DNA from: an uncultured delta proteobacterium
GTDB taxonomy: Bacteria > Myxococcota_A > Polyangia > Polyangiales > Houyiibacteriaceae
DNA length: 64,000 bases
Reading direction: 5' to 3'
Assembly (NCBI GenBank): GCA_963699755.1
Contig: CAVOVB010000003.1
Coordinates: 64,001 to 128,000 of the forward strand
Below, piece by piece: positions 18,541 to 31,066 of this stretch. A program made the translations under genes and the position numbers. The notes under the pieces were generated by a model that saw only the letters and a list, made by a program, of their open reading frames with translations, searched no databases and was not told where the DNA came from. Every line of letters begins with the position of its first letter. Within the stretch, counting starts at the first letter, position 1.

Positions 18541-21500
18541 ATGAATCGACCCTCCGTTCGCAACGATGAGGTAACTGGCGAGTTTTTGACTCTGGCGGGG
18601 GAGCGGTACTACGCGATCCGCAACGTCGACGAAATGGCCCCGTTCTTCGTCAGCCTGGTGTCCAATTCGGATCATTGGCTGTTCATTTCCTCGACCGGGG
18701 GCCTTACCGCGGGTCGGGTGTCCCCGAACACATCGCTGTTCCCGTACATTACAGTCGACAAGATTCACGAAAGCACTCCGCATACCGGCAGCAAGACGCT
18801 CATCCATGTAGTCGAAAACGGGAAACGGCGTGACTGGGAACCCTTCAATCGAGGACATGCCGGGCGGTATTCCACCGACCGCAATCTCTACAAGAACCTC
18901 CTCGGGAACAAGCTCTGCTTTGAAGAGATCAACCACGATCTGCAGTTGGCGTTCCGCTACTGCTGGTTGACCAGCGACATGTACGGATTCGTCCGTCGAT
19001 GCGAGTTGGAGAATCTAGGCGAAACAGACTGCAGCTTGGAGCTGGTCGATGGCTTGCAGAACATTCTTCCGGCCGGGACTCCGCGATTTGCGCAGACGAA
19101 CACGAGCAATTTGGTCGACGCATACAAATGGAATGAGCTCGTCGAAGACCAGGGGCTGGCCCTGTATACGCTCTATTCCGGGATCACCGATCGAGCCGAG
19201 CCCTGCGAGTCCCTCAAGGCCAACACCGTCTTCTGCCTCGGCCTCCATGGGCACAAGGTGCTGCTCTCCGGAGCGCAGCTCGAGCGATTTCGAAGGGGCG
19301 CGCCGCTCACTCAGGAGGTCCACAAGCGTGGCATCCGCGGGGACTATCTCGTCAATGCGTCGCTGACGCTGGCGCCGAAGGCATCGGAGCGCTGGCAGCT
19401 CGTCGCCGACGTCGAGCAGAGTCAGGCGCAGGTGGTGAGCTTGCTCCATGAGCTCGGCGACCCGGCGGCCGTGGCGGAGTCGATCACCCAGTCTGTAGAG
19501 GAGGGCTCCGATGAGCTGGCTCGCATCGTGGCGGGCGCCGACGCATTCCAGGCGACCGCCGAGGAGGCCGTCTCGGCCCACCACTATGCGAACGTGCTCT
19601 TCAATGTCCTGCGCGGCGGTATTTTCGACGATCAGTATCGGGTTTCTTCCCTGGATTTTCGTAGGACCGTCGAGATGTTCAATCGCAAGGTGTTCGTGCG
19701 CCATGAGGGGGCGCTCGGCGCCTTGCCCGAGACGCTCCAGTACCGGGACTTGCTGTCGAGCATCGAGGAGCTGGGCGACCCACAACTCGAGCGGCTATGC
19801 CGCGAGTATCTGCCGATCACCTTTGGTCGCCGGCACGGTGACCCCAGCCGACCCTGGAACGAGTTTGTCATCAAGCTCAAAGACGAGCGAGGCCAGAAGC
19901 TGCTCTCATATCAGGGCAACTGGCGGGACATTTTTCAGAACTGGGAGGCTTTGACGTTCAGCTATCCGGAGTTCGTCGAAAGCGTGATCGCCAAGTTCCT
20001 CAACGCCACGACGGCAGACGGATACAACCCGTACCGAATCAGCAAAGAAGGCATCGACTGGGAGGTCGAGGACCCTGACGACCCGTGGAGTCATATCGGC
20101 TATTGGGGCGATCATCAGATCATCTATCTTCTGAAGCTCCTGGAGCTTTCCCAGCGGTTCCATCCCCAGCGCCTCGTTGCCTTGCTGCGCCAGCCAATTT
20201 TCAGCTACGCCAACGTTCCGTATCGAATCAAGTCGTTCGAAAGCTTGCTCGAGGACGCAAAGAGCACCGTCGTCTACGACGGGGAAGCAGCGGCGCGGAT
20301 CGAACGGCGGGTGGCTGACAAGGGCGCCGACGGCAAGTTGATGCTCGACGCCAATGACGAGGTGTACCAGGTCAATCTGTTCGAGAAGCTCCTGGTGACG
20401 CTGTTGAGTAAGCTCGGAAACTTCGTGATGGATGGAGGCATCTGGCTCAATACCCAGCGTCCGGAGTGGAACGACGCCAACAACGCGCTGGTCGGTCATG
20501 GGCTGTCCATGGTGACGCTCTATTACATGCGCCGATACGTCGATTTCCTGCAGCGTTTGCTGGCGCAGGAGTCGGGTTCAATCAGCATGTCGCGGGAAAT
20601 CAGTGAATGGCTCGGTGAGACCGCGGCTGCGCTGAGGGAGGTGCGACCGCAGCTGAAGGGGCAGGCGGTGAGTTCCCATACGCGGCACCGCTTGCTGGCC
20701 AGGTTGGGAGAGGCCGCGTCGCGTTACCGACAGGCGGTTTACCGGAACGAGACGTTCTCCGGCATGGTCCAGCAACCAGTCTCGAAGGTGCATGACATGC
20801 TGGATGATGCGCTGGCTGCCATCGACCAAAGCATCCGGCAGAACAAGCGTGAGGATGGCATGTACCACGCCTACAACTTGCTGAGCTTGAGCTCCGAGGC
20901 CGTCGAGGTCGAGCACCTCTACGCGATGCTGGAGGGTCAGGTCGCCGTACTCAGCTCCGGGGCCATTGCCCCGGCAGAGGCAGCCGATGTGCTCGAAACC
21001 TTGTTCGAGAGCGAGATGTATCGGGCCGATGTGCGCACCTTCATGCTGTATCCGGATCGTCCGTTACCGGGGTTTCTCGAGAAGAACCGCATCCCCGCCG
21101 AACGATTCGAGTCGATCCCGCTACTCAGACAGATGGTGGAACGCGACGATGAGACCATCGTGTTGCGCGACGAAGACGGCTGCTACCGCTTCAACGCCGA
21201 CTTGCGCAACCGGGGCGATCTGAAGGCTCGGCTCAACGACTTGGTGCCGGTTTATGGCGATGAAACTCAACATGCTCGTCAGGCTTTGCTGGAGCTTTAC
21301 GAAAAGGTTTTCAACCACAAAGCGTTCACCGGGCGTTCCGGCACGATGTTCGGTTACGAGGGATTGGGATGTGTCTATTGGCACATGGTCTCCAAGTTGC
21401 TGCTGGTCGTGCAGGAAAACTTTTTCGTCGCGCTCGCCGTGGCTGCAGACGCAGAAACCTGCCTCCGGCTGGGGCGATTGTACTACCGTGTGCGTGAGGG

Positions 21501-21993
21501 TCTGGGATTCAACAGGAGCCCTGGTGAATTCGGAGCCTTCCCGACCGACCCTTACTCCAACACCCCCAAACACGCCGGCGCCCAGCAGCCGGGTATGACT
21601 GGCCTGGTCAAGGAAGAGATCTTGACCCGCTTCGGTGAGCTCGGTGTGCGTGTGAGCGAGGGTGCAGTGAGCTTCGAATTGGCCTTGTTGCGTGCTCGCG
21701 AGTTTGTCACGAGCCCACAGCCGTTTCGTTTCCTCGACGTCGATGGGAACTGGCAGGAGCTGACGGTTCCCAAATCGGGTTTGGCCTTCACCTGGTGTCA
21801 GGTGCCATTCGTGTACCGGATCGATGATTCCGTCGCCGAGCCGACGGTGACACTGAACCTCGATGATGGCGGTCATCGGACGCTGACGGAACCGATCTTG
21901 CCGACCGAGCTGAGCGCCGAGCTATTCCTGCGCACTGGGCGTATTCGTCAGGTTGAGCTTGTCGTCACAAAAAGCCAGTTGTTTTCTGACTGA
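18541..21993 (+). CDS. GH149-like beta-1,3-glucan phosphorylase
   Basis: 1150 aa; FGRRHGDPSRPWN, YQGNWRDIFQNWEAL, GYWGDHQIIY, RPEWNDANNAL, FTGRSGTMFGYEGLG..YWHMVSKL. Confidence 0.85.
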   Translation: MNRPSVRNDEVTGEFLTLAGERYYAIRNVDEMAPFFVSLVSNSDHWLFISSTGGLTAGRVSPNTSLFPYITVDKIHESTPHTGSKTLIHVVENGKRRDWEPFNRGHAGRYSTDRNLYKNLLGNKLCFEEINHDLQLAFRYCWLTSDMYGFVRRCELENLGETDCSLELVDGLQNILPAGTPRFAQTNTSNLVDAYKWNELVEDQGLALYTLYSGITDRAEPCESLKANTVFCLGLHGHKVLLSGAQLERFRRGAPLTQEVHKRGIRGDYLVNASLTLAPKASERWQLVADVEQSQAQVVSLLHELGDPAAVAESITQSVEEGSDELARIVAGADAFQATAEEAVSAHHYANVLFNVLRGGIFDDQYRVSSLDFRRTVEMFNRKVFVRHEGALGALPETLQYRDLLSSIEELGDPQLERLCREYLPITFGRRHGDPSRPWNEFVIKLKDERGQKLLSYQGNWRDIFQNWEALTFSYPEFVESVIAKFLNATTADGYNPYRISKEGIDWEVEDPDDPWSHIGYWGDHQIIYLLKLLELSQRFHPQRLVALLRQPIFSYANVPYRIKSFESLLEDAKSTVVYDGEAAARIERRVADKGADGKLMLDANDEVYQVNLFEKLLVTLLSKLGNFVMDGGIWLNTQRPEWNDANNALVGHGLSMVTLYYMRRYVDFLQRLLAQESGSISMSREISEWLGETAAALREVRPQLKGQAVSSHTRHRLLARLGEAASRYRQAVYRNETFSGMVQQPVSKVHDMLDDALAAIDQSIRQNKREDGMYHAYNLLSLSSEAVEVEHLYAMLEGQVAVLSSGAIAPAEAADVLETLFESEMYRADVRTFMLYPDRPLPGFLEKNRIPAERFESIPLLRQMVERDDETIVLRDEDGCYRFNADLRNRGDLKARLNDLVPVYGDETQHARQALLELYEKVFNHKAFTGRSGTMFGYEGLGCVYWHMVSKLLLVVQENFFVALAVAADAETCLRLGRLYYRVREGLGFNRSPGEFGAFPTDPYSNTPKHAGAQQPGMTGLVKEEILTRFGELGVRVSEGAVSFELALLRAREFVTSPQPFRFLDVDGNWQELTVPKSGLAFTWCQVPFVYRIDDSVAEPTVTLNLDDGGHRTLTEPILPTELSAELFLRTGRIRQVELVVTKSQLFSD

Positions 21994-22008
21994 GTCCAGG
22001 GGTCAGGC

Positions 22009-22542
22009 CTAGCTGCCGCCCATGCCACTGGCGCCGCCCATGCCTGCGCTACCGCCCATGCCTGCGCTGCCGCCCATGCCGCCGACACCGCCCATGCCAC
22101 CGGCGCCGCCCATGCCTGCGCTACCGCCCATGCCTGCGCTCCCGCCCATGCCTGCGCTCCCGCCCATGCCTGCGCTACCGCCTGTCCCGCCGGCACCGCC
22201 CGTACTTCCGCAGAGGTTGGGCGTCGGCTCCGGAATCGGTGTCGTCTGGCAGCTCGTAAGGTTGGAGCAGAAGACGAGCTGGCACTTCTCGCCCTCGCCG
22301 CAGTCCGTCACCGTATCGCACAGCCGAAGGCAGAGTCTGGCCTCTGGCACAGCGTCACCAGGCCTCAGGGGCTCGGGGCTCCCGGTGAAGGTGCAGATCA
22401 ACCCAGACCCGCACTCCCCAGTGGAGCCCGCCGTCTGACAGGTCTCACCGACGCCACCACAGCCGGCCGCGAGGAGCAGGGCAGCAGCGAAGGCAACGAG
22501 AATCAGCACCGTGCGCACGATGGCCCAACTAAACCACAGCAA
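22009..22542 (-). CDS. Small Cys-rich lipoprotein with C-terminal Gly-rich repeats
   Basis: Lipobox AAGC; Cys cluster; (GGSAGM)n tail; start uncertain. Confidence 0.65.
   Translation of the reverse strand: MLWFSWAIVRTVLILVAFAAALLLAAGCGGVGETCQTAGSTGECGSGLICTFTGSPEPLRPGDAVPEARLCLRLCDTVTDCGEGEKCQLVFCSNLTSCQTTPIPEPTPNLCGSTGGAGGTGGSAGMGGSAGMGGSAGMGGSAGMGGAGGMGGVGGMGGSAGMGGSAGMGGASGMGGS
22015..22180. repeat. Coding 18/9-bp tandem repeat (GGSAGM)
   Basis: Repeated CCGCCCATGCCTGCGCT. Confidence 0.85.
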
Positions 22543-22635
22543 CGGGGCTGGGAAAAGGCCTGTCGTTCAATTTCTTCGGACGCGACGATTCATAGGCGAA
22601 ACGATCCCGACCTCGCTGTGATCACAAGAGCGACG

Positions 22636-23059
22636 ATGAAGGGTCCAACATCTCACCAGCGCATCGTTCTCATCGTAGCGCTTGCCCTCGGCCCTCTTGT
22701 TGGCCTGCGCCGGCTCGGGTGCCCACTCCGACGGTCCCGTGGACCATTCGCCGGTCCTCCCCGCTCTCGGGTACCGCGTCGATTTCGCCGGCAAATCGGT
22801 GGCCATCAGGGGAGATACGATCGATACCAAAGGCCTCCAAGACATGAGCCAGGGTGCTGACGTGCTCGTGAGCGAGGTGATGAACAAGTCCTTCCTGGAA
22901 GACGCGGGCGTCGGCACCCTGGTCCTCGCGCGCCAGGTCCCGACCCTCGACGACGACGTACAGATTGGGTTCGCGTTTCGCACGCCCATCGCCACGATAT
23001 TCGGGGGTGAGCTCATCGTGGGGGTCGACGGCACGAGCGTCACCGTACCCGTCCCGTGA
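22636..23059 (+). pseudogene. Degraded RNase Z-like metallo-beta-lactamase-fold gene
   Basis: Frameshifted signal peptide, then VDHSPVLPALGYRVDFAGKSVAIRGDT and ADVLVSEV; N-terminal HxHxDH half missing. Confidence 0.55.
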
Positions 23060-23243
23060 GAACATACGACCCTGGTTGGCAAGGGTGCACCGTCCCTCGA
23101 CATCGCCGTGTGCATATTGAAGCAGTGTCAGGCCGGGAAAGAGGATGCCCGTCACGGTCCACGATCGCGACCGGACCTTGATCGAGCTCCTGGACCGGAG
23201 CAAAGAGAAGCGGGCATGAGCGCCGATCTGAGCGCGCTGAATC

Positions 23244-24827
23244 ATGAGCAACACGTTCGACCGCGATCCCATCGAGATCTTTCTCGCACTCGACGAAGCG
23301 CAGAACCCGGACGCGATGCGGGCGGCGGCTGCGAAGAAGCTGGCAGTACCGGTTGACGACTTGCCCGAGCTTCACGTCCTGCGGCGTGCCATCGACGCGC
23401 GCGGCAAGCACGTCCGTTTTCACATCTTGTTGGGTGTCGGGCCCGAGCCTCGGAGTGACGACTGGGCACTACCTCATCCACGAGAGGTCCGATTGCCCGC
23501 ACGCGTCGTGATCGCGGGCTCAGGCCCGGCGGGCCTCTTCTGCGCGTACGAGTTGGCGCGTCACGGAGTGGCCAGCCGCATCATCGAACGCGGGAAGCGG
23601 GTTCAGCCGAGGCGTCGCGACATCGCGCTCCTCAATCGCGGGGGGCCGGTCGATTCCGATAGCAACTACTGTTTCGGCGAGGGCGGGGCGGGGACCTATA
23701 GCGACGGCAAGCTCTACACGCGGGCGCACAAGAGGGGCTCGGTGCGCGATGTCCTCGAGATCCTCACGCTGCATGGGGCGCCTCCAGAGATCCTGGTCGA
23801 CGCCCGTCCGCACATCGGGAGCAACCGGCTACCCAAGGTCGTCACTGCGCTGCGCGAACGACTCGAAGCCGTGGGCGTGGAATTTCATTTTGAGTCCAGG
23901 CTCGAGCGGGTCCTCGTCGAGGGCCGCGGCAGTGAGCGCCACGTTTGCGGTGTGGAGCTCGCGGATGGGCGTTCGTTCCAGGCGGACGCGGTCGTGCTCG
24001 CAACCGGGCATTCCGCGCGCGACGTGTTCCAGATGCTCGACGGGATGCAGGTCACCCTGGAGCCCAAGGGGTTTGCGCTGGGCGTTCGGGTCGAGCACCC
24101 GCAGGCGCTGATCAACCGGATTCAGTACGGCGCCAATGCGGGCCACGCCGCGCTTCCGAGCGCTTATTATCGCCTCGCCGCGACCGTCGAGGGTCGTGGT
24201 GTCTTCTCGTTCTGCATGTGTCCGGGCGGTTGGATCGTCCCCGCGATGACCGAGCCCGGCACACAGGTCGTCAATGGAATGAGCTTGTCGAAGCGAGACT
24301 CCCCGTTCGCCAACTCCGGAATCGTCGTGGCGATCGAGCCTGCGGATTGGCAGGCCCAGGGGTTCGATGGGCCACTAGGAGGGCTGCGCTTCCAGGAACA
24401 GATCGAACGCGCTGCCTCCGAAGCGGGTGGTGGCGGTCTCCGGGCGCCCGCCACGATGATGACGGACTTCGTCGCGGGGCGAGGCTCGAGCCGAGCTCCA
24501 CAGAGCAGCTACCGGCCGGGCTTGACCGCCACAGGGCTCGCCGAGGTGGTCGATTGTGCCGGGTTGCGCATCTCGGTTCCCTTGCGCGCGGGGCTCGAGC
24601 GCTTTGCGCTTCGCATGCCTGGATTTCTCGGCGAGGACGCGGTCCTGGTCGGTGTCGAATCGCGAACGAGCTCACCGGTGCGCGTCCCTCGCGACCAGGA
24701 CACGCTGCAATCTCCCGACCTTCGCGGTCTGTATCCGTCCGGCGAAGGTGCCGGCTATGCAGGCGGGATCGTCAGCGCCGCCCTCGACGGCAAGCGCGTT
24801 GCCACGGCTCTCTTGCCGCTGGTCTGA
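23244..24827 (+). CDS. FAD-dependent oxidoreductase (uncharacterised dehydrogenase family)
   Basis: GSGPAG, FGEGGAGTYSDGKL, FCMCPGG, ESRTSSPV, GEGAGYAGGI. Confidence 0.9.
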   Translation: MSNTFDRDPIEIFLALDEAQNPDAMRAAAAKKLAVPVDDLPELHVLRRAIDARGKHVRFHILLGVGPEPRSDDWALPHPREVRLPARVVIAGSGPAGLFCAYELARHGVASRIIERGKRVQPRRRDIALLNRGGPVDSDSNYCFGEGGAGTYSDGKLYTRAHKRGSVRDVLEILTLHGAPPEILVDARPHIGSNRLPKVVTALRERLEAVGVEFHFESRLERVLVEGRGSERHVCGVELADGRSFQADAVVLATGHSARDVFQMLDGMQVTLEPKGFALGVRVEHPQALINRIQYGANAGHAALPSAYYRLAATVEGRGVFSFCMCPGGWIVPAMTEPGTQVVNGMSLSKRDSPFANSGIVVAIEPADWQAQGFDGPLGGLRFQEQIERAASEAGGGGLRAPATMMTDFVAGRGSSRAPQSSYRPGLTATGLAEVVDCAGLRISVPLRAGLERFALRMPGFLGEDAVLVGVESRTSSPVRVPRDQDTLQSPDLRGLYPSGEGAGYAGGIVSAALDGKRVATALLPLV

Positions 24828-24834
24828 GCGAACC

Positions 24835-26628
24835 TCATTCGCTCATTTCTTCGAGCAAGATTCCCGGATTCAGAACCCAGTTGGGGTCGAGCGTCGACTT
24901 CAGCCCGGCGAGCATCGCCTCAAACAGCTCGCCTCGTTCGCGCTCGTACCAGAGACGATGGTCGCGTCCCACAGCGTGGTGGTGGGTGATCGTGCCGCCG
25001 TGCTCGATGACAGCGTCGGACACGGCCTCTTTGATCGCGTCCCAGGTTTGCAGCTGTCTGCCGCGCTCGGCCCAGGCGAGGATCGTGTAGTACGGCGCAG
25101 GCCCGTCCGGATAGATGTGCGTGAATCGAACGGTGATGAGGCCGCGCCCGCGACAATGCGCGTCGAACGCCTTCTCTGCGGCGCTGAGGACTTCGCGGTG
25201 AAAGTGCTCGAACCGATCCCAGGTCACCGCTGTCTCGAAGGTCTCCGAGATCATGCCTTTTTTGGCCATGACGTCTCGGATGTACGGCGCCTTGATGAAG
25301 TTGTTCCGCCAGTTGCCCGCCGAACCCGAGCGCACGGTCGACTCGGTGTGCCTGACCTTCCGTCGGTTCCACCGCCCTCCGTGATCGCGGCAGACCTCGA
25401 GGGCCTGGGCCATCGTCTCCTGCTGCAGGTAGTGCTCCGACTCGAAGCCAAGCAGCAAAATCGCATGACGCCCGTCGCCAAGCCCCATCCCGACAGCTTC
25501 AATCGGGCTCACCAAGCGGCAGTTCACCGGATACAGCTTGCCTTGGGAGAGTGCGCGCACCGCCCTGGCACCCTGCACGAAGTCTTCGAACTTCACGGTT
25601 GCTGAGGATCGATAGCGCGGGCGTGCGTGGAGGCGAATCCACGCTTCGGTGATGATTCCGAGCGTCCCCTCGGAGCCTAGCCAGAGTCGTTCCTGGCTTG
25701 GCCCGGCGCCGGAGGCTGGCAGTCGGCGCGTCGTGTGGATTCCCTTGGGCGTGACGACACGCACGGATTCAACGATGTCATCGATGTGCGTGTACAGGGT
25801 GCAGTAGTGTCCACCGGCGCGCGTTGCAATCCAGCCGCCCAGGGTCGAAAACTCGAAGCTCTGCGGATAGAACCGAGGGCTCAGACCGTAGGGCTTGAGT
25901 GTCGCCTCGAGTGCGGGTCCAAGGATTCCAGCTTGCGCGCGAGCGGCCCGCGACAACTCGTCGACCTCGAGCACCCGATCGAAGTTGCGCATGTCGAGTG
26001 AAATGGCACCCCGGTACTGCTCCGATCTCGTGGGCTCGACTCCGCCGACGACGCTCGTGCCACCACCAAAGGGCGTCAGGCTGACCTGCTCTGCTTCACA
26101 GAACCGGATGAGGCCGAGGATCTGCTCCTCGGTGTCTGGAAAGGCAACGTAGTCGGTCGGATTGTCGTACTGGCCGTGCAGGCCGCGCACGATGTCACGA
26201 TAGGATTTGCCGTAGCTGTGGGAGACTCGCTCGAGCTTGTCGTCCGTGCAGAACGCAGCGAGGTCTTCTGGCAGCTCAAAGCGGGGCGCGCGCAGCTCGA
26301 CGCATTCGATGCGGGGCGCGGGAATGTCTTGGTACTCCTCCAGGCCGAAGCGAGCCTTCAAAAACTCGAGGAAGACCTCCATCATCATCGGCTCTGGGCC
26401 TTCGCCCTCGTAGCCCCATCCCCAAAAACTGCGCTGTCGCGGGCCGTCTTGTTTCTTGGCGCGGCCGCCGCGGCCGACCAACGCCGCGAGTGCGTTCTTC
26501 GCTGCCCGCAGATCTTCGAGAGGCTTCCCCGAGCGCTGCGCGTTCCATTCGCCCGCGTGTCCGGCAAGCACGCGGCCTACTGCCAGGAGAAGCTGTTTTT
26601 GATCGTCGTTGGGCAGTATCGAGCGCAC
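24835..26628 (-). CDS. FAD-binding oxidoreductase, alkyl-DHAP synthase-like
   Basis: PFGGGTSVVGG, PQSFEFSTLGGWIATR, THIYPDG, GGTITHHHAVG; start trimmed to GTG 26628. Confidence 0.85.
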   Translation of the reverse strand: MRSILPNDDQKQLLLAVGRVLAGHAGEWNAQRSGKPLEDLRAAKNALAALVGRGGRAKKQDGPRQRSFWGWGYEGEGPEPMMMEVFLEFLKARFGLEEYQDIPAPRIECVELRAPRFELPEDLAAFCTDDKLERVSHSYGKSYRDIVRGLHGQYDNPTDYVAFPDTEEQILGLIRFCEAEQVSLTPFGGGTSVVGGVEPTRSEQYRGAISLDMRNFDRVLEVDELSRAARAQAGILGPALEATLKPYGLSPRFYPQSFEFSTLGGWIATRAGGHYCTLYTHIDDIVESVRVVTPKGIHTTRRLPASGAGPSQERLWLGSEGTLGIITEAWIRLHARPRYRSSATVKFEDFVQGARAVRALSQGKLYPVNCRLVSPIEAVGMGLGDGRHAILLLGFESEHYLQQETMAQALEVCRDHGGRWNRRKVRHTESTVRSGSAGNWRNNFIKAPYIRDVMAKKGMISETFETAVTWDRFEHFHREVLSAAEKAFDAHCRGRGLITVRFTHIYPDGPAPYYTILAWAERGRQLQTWDAIKEAVSDAVIEHGGTITHHHAVGRDHRLWYERERGELFEAMLAGLKSTLDPNWVLNPGILLEEMSE

Positions 26629-26822
26629 GGTCCTGACCTTCCTATCGTAGGGGACGATCGTTCTAGCAGAGGACGCACCCCCGCTGGAAGTCTGATCCCT
26701 TGGGGTGGCCGATCGCCCCGCGCAAAGGCGTTTCTGCATCCACCGCGGCAAACTTACAGGTGCCCCTACGCGAGGCTTGTGGGACAGTGGCCAGAGCAGC
26801 GCAAGAAGCCAAAGGCAGAGTC

Positions 26823-29087
<2,265 letters not shown>

Positions 29088-29349
29088 GCTCGCCATGAGC
29101 CGATGAGCCCGGTTGGACGGGGCGTTACGTGTCGTCTGGGAACGTAACGTGCATGGAAGAGGCCCAGTTGGATCGTCAGTCGGGCCTTTCGTTTGGCCTC
29201 GAAACCGAGGTTGCCGTCATTGAAAGTTTGTTCAGCCGATGACGGAAGTCCTCCGATTCCCGGCCCAGGACACCTGTTTCGTGCGCCCGCCGCAGATGAA
29301 GAAATACGTATAGACACGCGCGTCAAATGGGTGTTCTCTCTAATGCTCC

Positions 29350-29766
29350 ATGAACATTCCAGCGCGATTGCTACAGCAGCTCGTCTCGGACCGACGGATG
29401 CGCAAATGCGACAGCAAGACGACGGACCTTCGAGCCGAGCTAAGCAGGGCGCTCAAGGCTGATCGCTTGGACCAGGCGCTCGACCTTTACGATCTGATCG
29501 AGCGGCACAAGCCGGATGAGCCCCGCTGGGCGCACCGCAAGGGCGATCTATTGCGGCGAATGGGGCGCAGCGACGACGCGGTCCTCGCGTACGAGCGCGC
29601 GGTGCGCCTCTATTCGGCCCGGGGCTTCGATGCGCGCGCCGTCGCAACGGCGAGGCTGATCTTGGCGATCGACCCAAGCAAGGGCGCAGTGCTCGACTGG
29701 GCGGACGCCGAAGCCAAGCGCCGATCGGAGGGACAGAGCCGGAACGCGTTCCAGCTGAGCTGCTGA
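29350..29766 (+). CDS. TPR-like hypothetical protein
   Basis: Helical TPR pattern KGDLLRRMGRSDDAVLAYERA. Confidence 0.6.
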   Translation: MNIPARLLQQLVSDRRMRKCDSKTTDLRAELSRALKADRLDQALDLYDLIERHKPDEPRWAHRKGDLLRRMGRSDDAVLAYERAVRLYSARGFDARAVATARLILAIDPSKGAVLDWADAEAKRRSEGQSRNAFQLSC

Positions 29767-29798
29767 AGATCTGCCCGGCGACTTGAAGGAGTTGATCC

Positions 29799-30113
29799 GT
29801 GTCCGATGTCCCCTGCTTCATGATCGCCAATTTCGTGATTCACGATGCCGACGCCTACAGGAAGTACGAGAAGGGGTTCTTTCCAATCCTGAAGCGACAT
29901 GGCGGCGAGTTTTTCACCTACGACGACAGCAGCGACACGCTCGAGGGCTCTTCACCGCGCCCGGGTCGCATCGTGATCTTCAAGTTCCCGTCCGAAGAAA
30001 ATGCGCGCGCTTGGTGGGCCGACCCAGACTATCAGGCCCTTTCCGAGCACCGCCGCGCCGGCACCAGCATGGAATTCCTCACCCTCGTGCACGGCCTGCC
30101 GCCGCGGAAATAG
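29799..30113 (+). CDS. DUF1330 family protein
   Basis: AAGGAG RBS; LEG...RIVIFKFPS.E.ARAWW.DPDYQ. Confidence 0.85.
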   Translation: MSDVPCFMIANFVIHDADAYRKYEKGFFPILKRHGGEFFTYDDSSDTLEGSSPRPGRIVIFKFPSEENARAWWADPDYQALSEHRRAGTSMEFLTLVHGLPPRK

Positions 30114-30273
30114 TCCGCCCGGGGGCTTGCTAGTTTCGGCTCGGGTGGTCTATTCGAGGAACGACTCCTGCGGTATTCCACTCGAAGACGCATCGAGCGG
30201 CCGCTTCGAGCCCATTCGCCGATCACGCCGACCCCTGGTCTGGTACGCTCGGCCCAAGTAGGGAACGGGAAGC

Positions 30274-31056
30274 ATGCGCCCCCAGATCATCAAGATCTCA
30301 GACGATTTCTGGAACATTCGTGGGTCGTTCAAGATCGGCGGCCTCATCGACATCGGCACGCAAGCGTCCCTGGTCCGGCGAGGCAGCGGCCGCTTTGTCT
30401 TCCTCGATTCGTACGCGTTCAGCGGTGAGGTCGAGCGCGAGGTCCTCGAGCGCACCAATGGCGGCAAGGACGTCGAGGCGATCTTGAACGTGCACCCCTT
30501 CCACACGGTCCATGCGCGCAAGATGCACGAGCAGTTTCCGGAAGCCAGGCTCTATGGAACCGCGCGGCACCTGTCCCGATTCCCCGAGCTTCCCTGGGAA
30601 GCGGAGCGCACAGAGGACCCGGCGCTCCACGCGATGTTTTCAGACGACTTCGACTTTTCCATTCCGCGCGGCGTCGATTTCATCTCTTCCAACGAGAACG
30701 TTCACTTCTCGTCGGTGCTCGTCCTGCATCGCGCCTCCAAGACGATTCACGTCGACGACACGCTCATGTACATCCGCTGGCCTAAGGCGGCGCGGCTGCT
30801 CGGCCGGACGGATTCGATGCGCTTTCACCCAACGCTCGGAAAGGCACTGGAAGAACGGTCTGGCGCCGCGCGCGACTTCCGGCACTGGGCCGAGGAGCTC
30901 GCCGAACGTTGGCGAGATGCTGAGAACCTTTGCGCCGCCCACACCGCGACGCTCATCGGGGAGAGCAATCGAGGCGCCTCGATTCACGATCGCGTCCTGG
31001 AGGCGCTCGTCAAGACGAGCCGCGCGTTGAAGGCGCACAAACGGAAGTACGGCTAG
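30274..31056 (+). CDS. Hypothetical protein, MBL-fold-like
   Basis: LNVHPFHTVH, IHVDD, CAAH metal-ligand pattern. Confidence 0.6.
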   Translation: MRPQIIKISDDFWNIRGSFKIGGLIDIGTQASLVRRGSGRFVFLDSYAFSGEVEREVLERTNGGKDVEAILNVHPFHTVHARKMHEQFPEARLYGTARHLSRFPELPWEAERTEDPALHAMFSDDFDFSIPRGVDFISSNENVHFSSVLVLHRASKTIHVDDTLMYIRWPKAARLLGRTDSMRFHPTLGKALEERSGAARDFRHWAEELAERWRDAENLCAAHTATLIGESNRGASIHDRVLEALVKTSRALKAHKRKYG

Positions 31057-31066
31057 GGAGGATTCC

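Noticed and set aside
29225..29249. Possible fifth ROK operator AGTTTGTTCA-gccga-TGACGGAAGT
   Set aside because: Left half and spacer fit, but the right half is poor and the adjacent genes are unrelated to sugars; needs PWM scoring.
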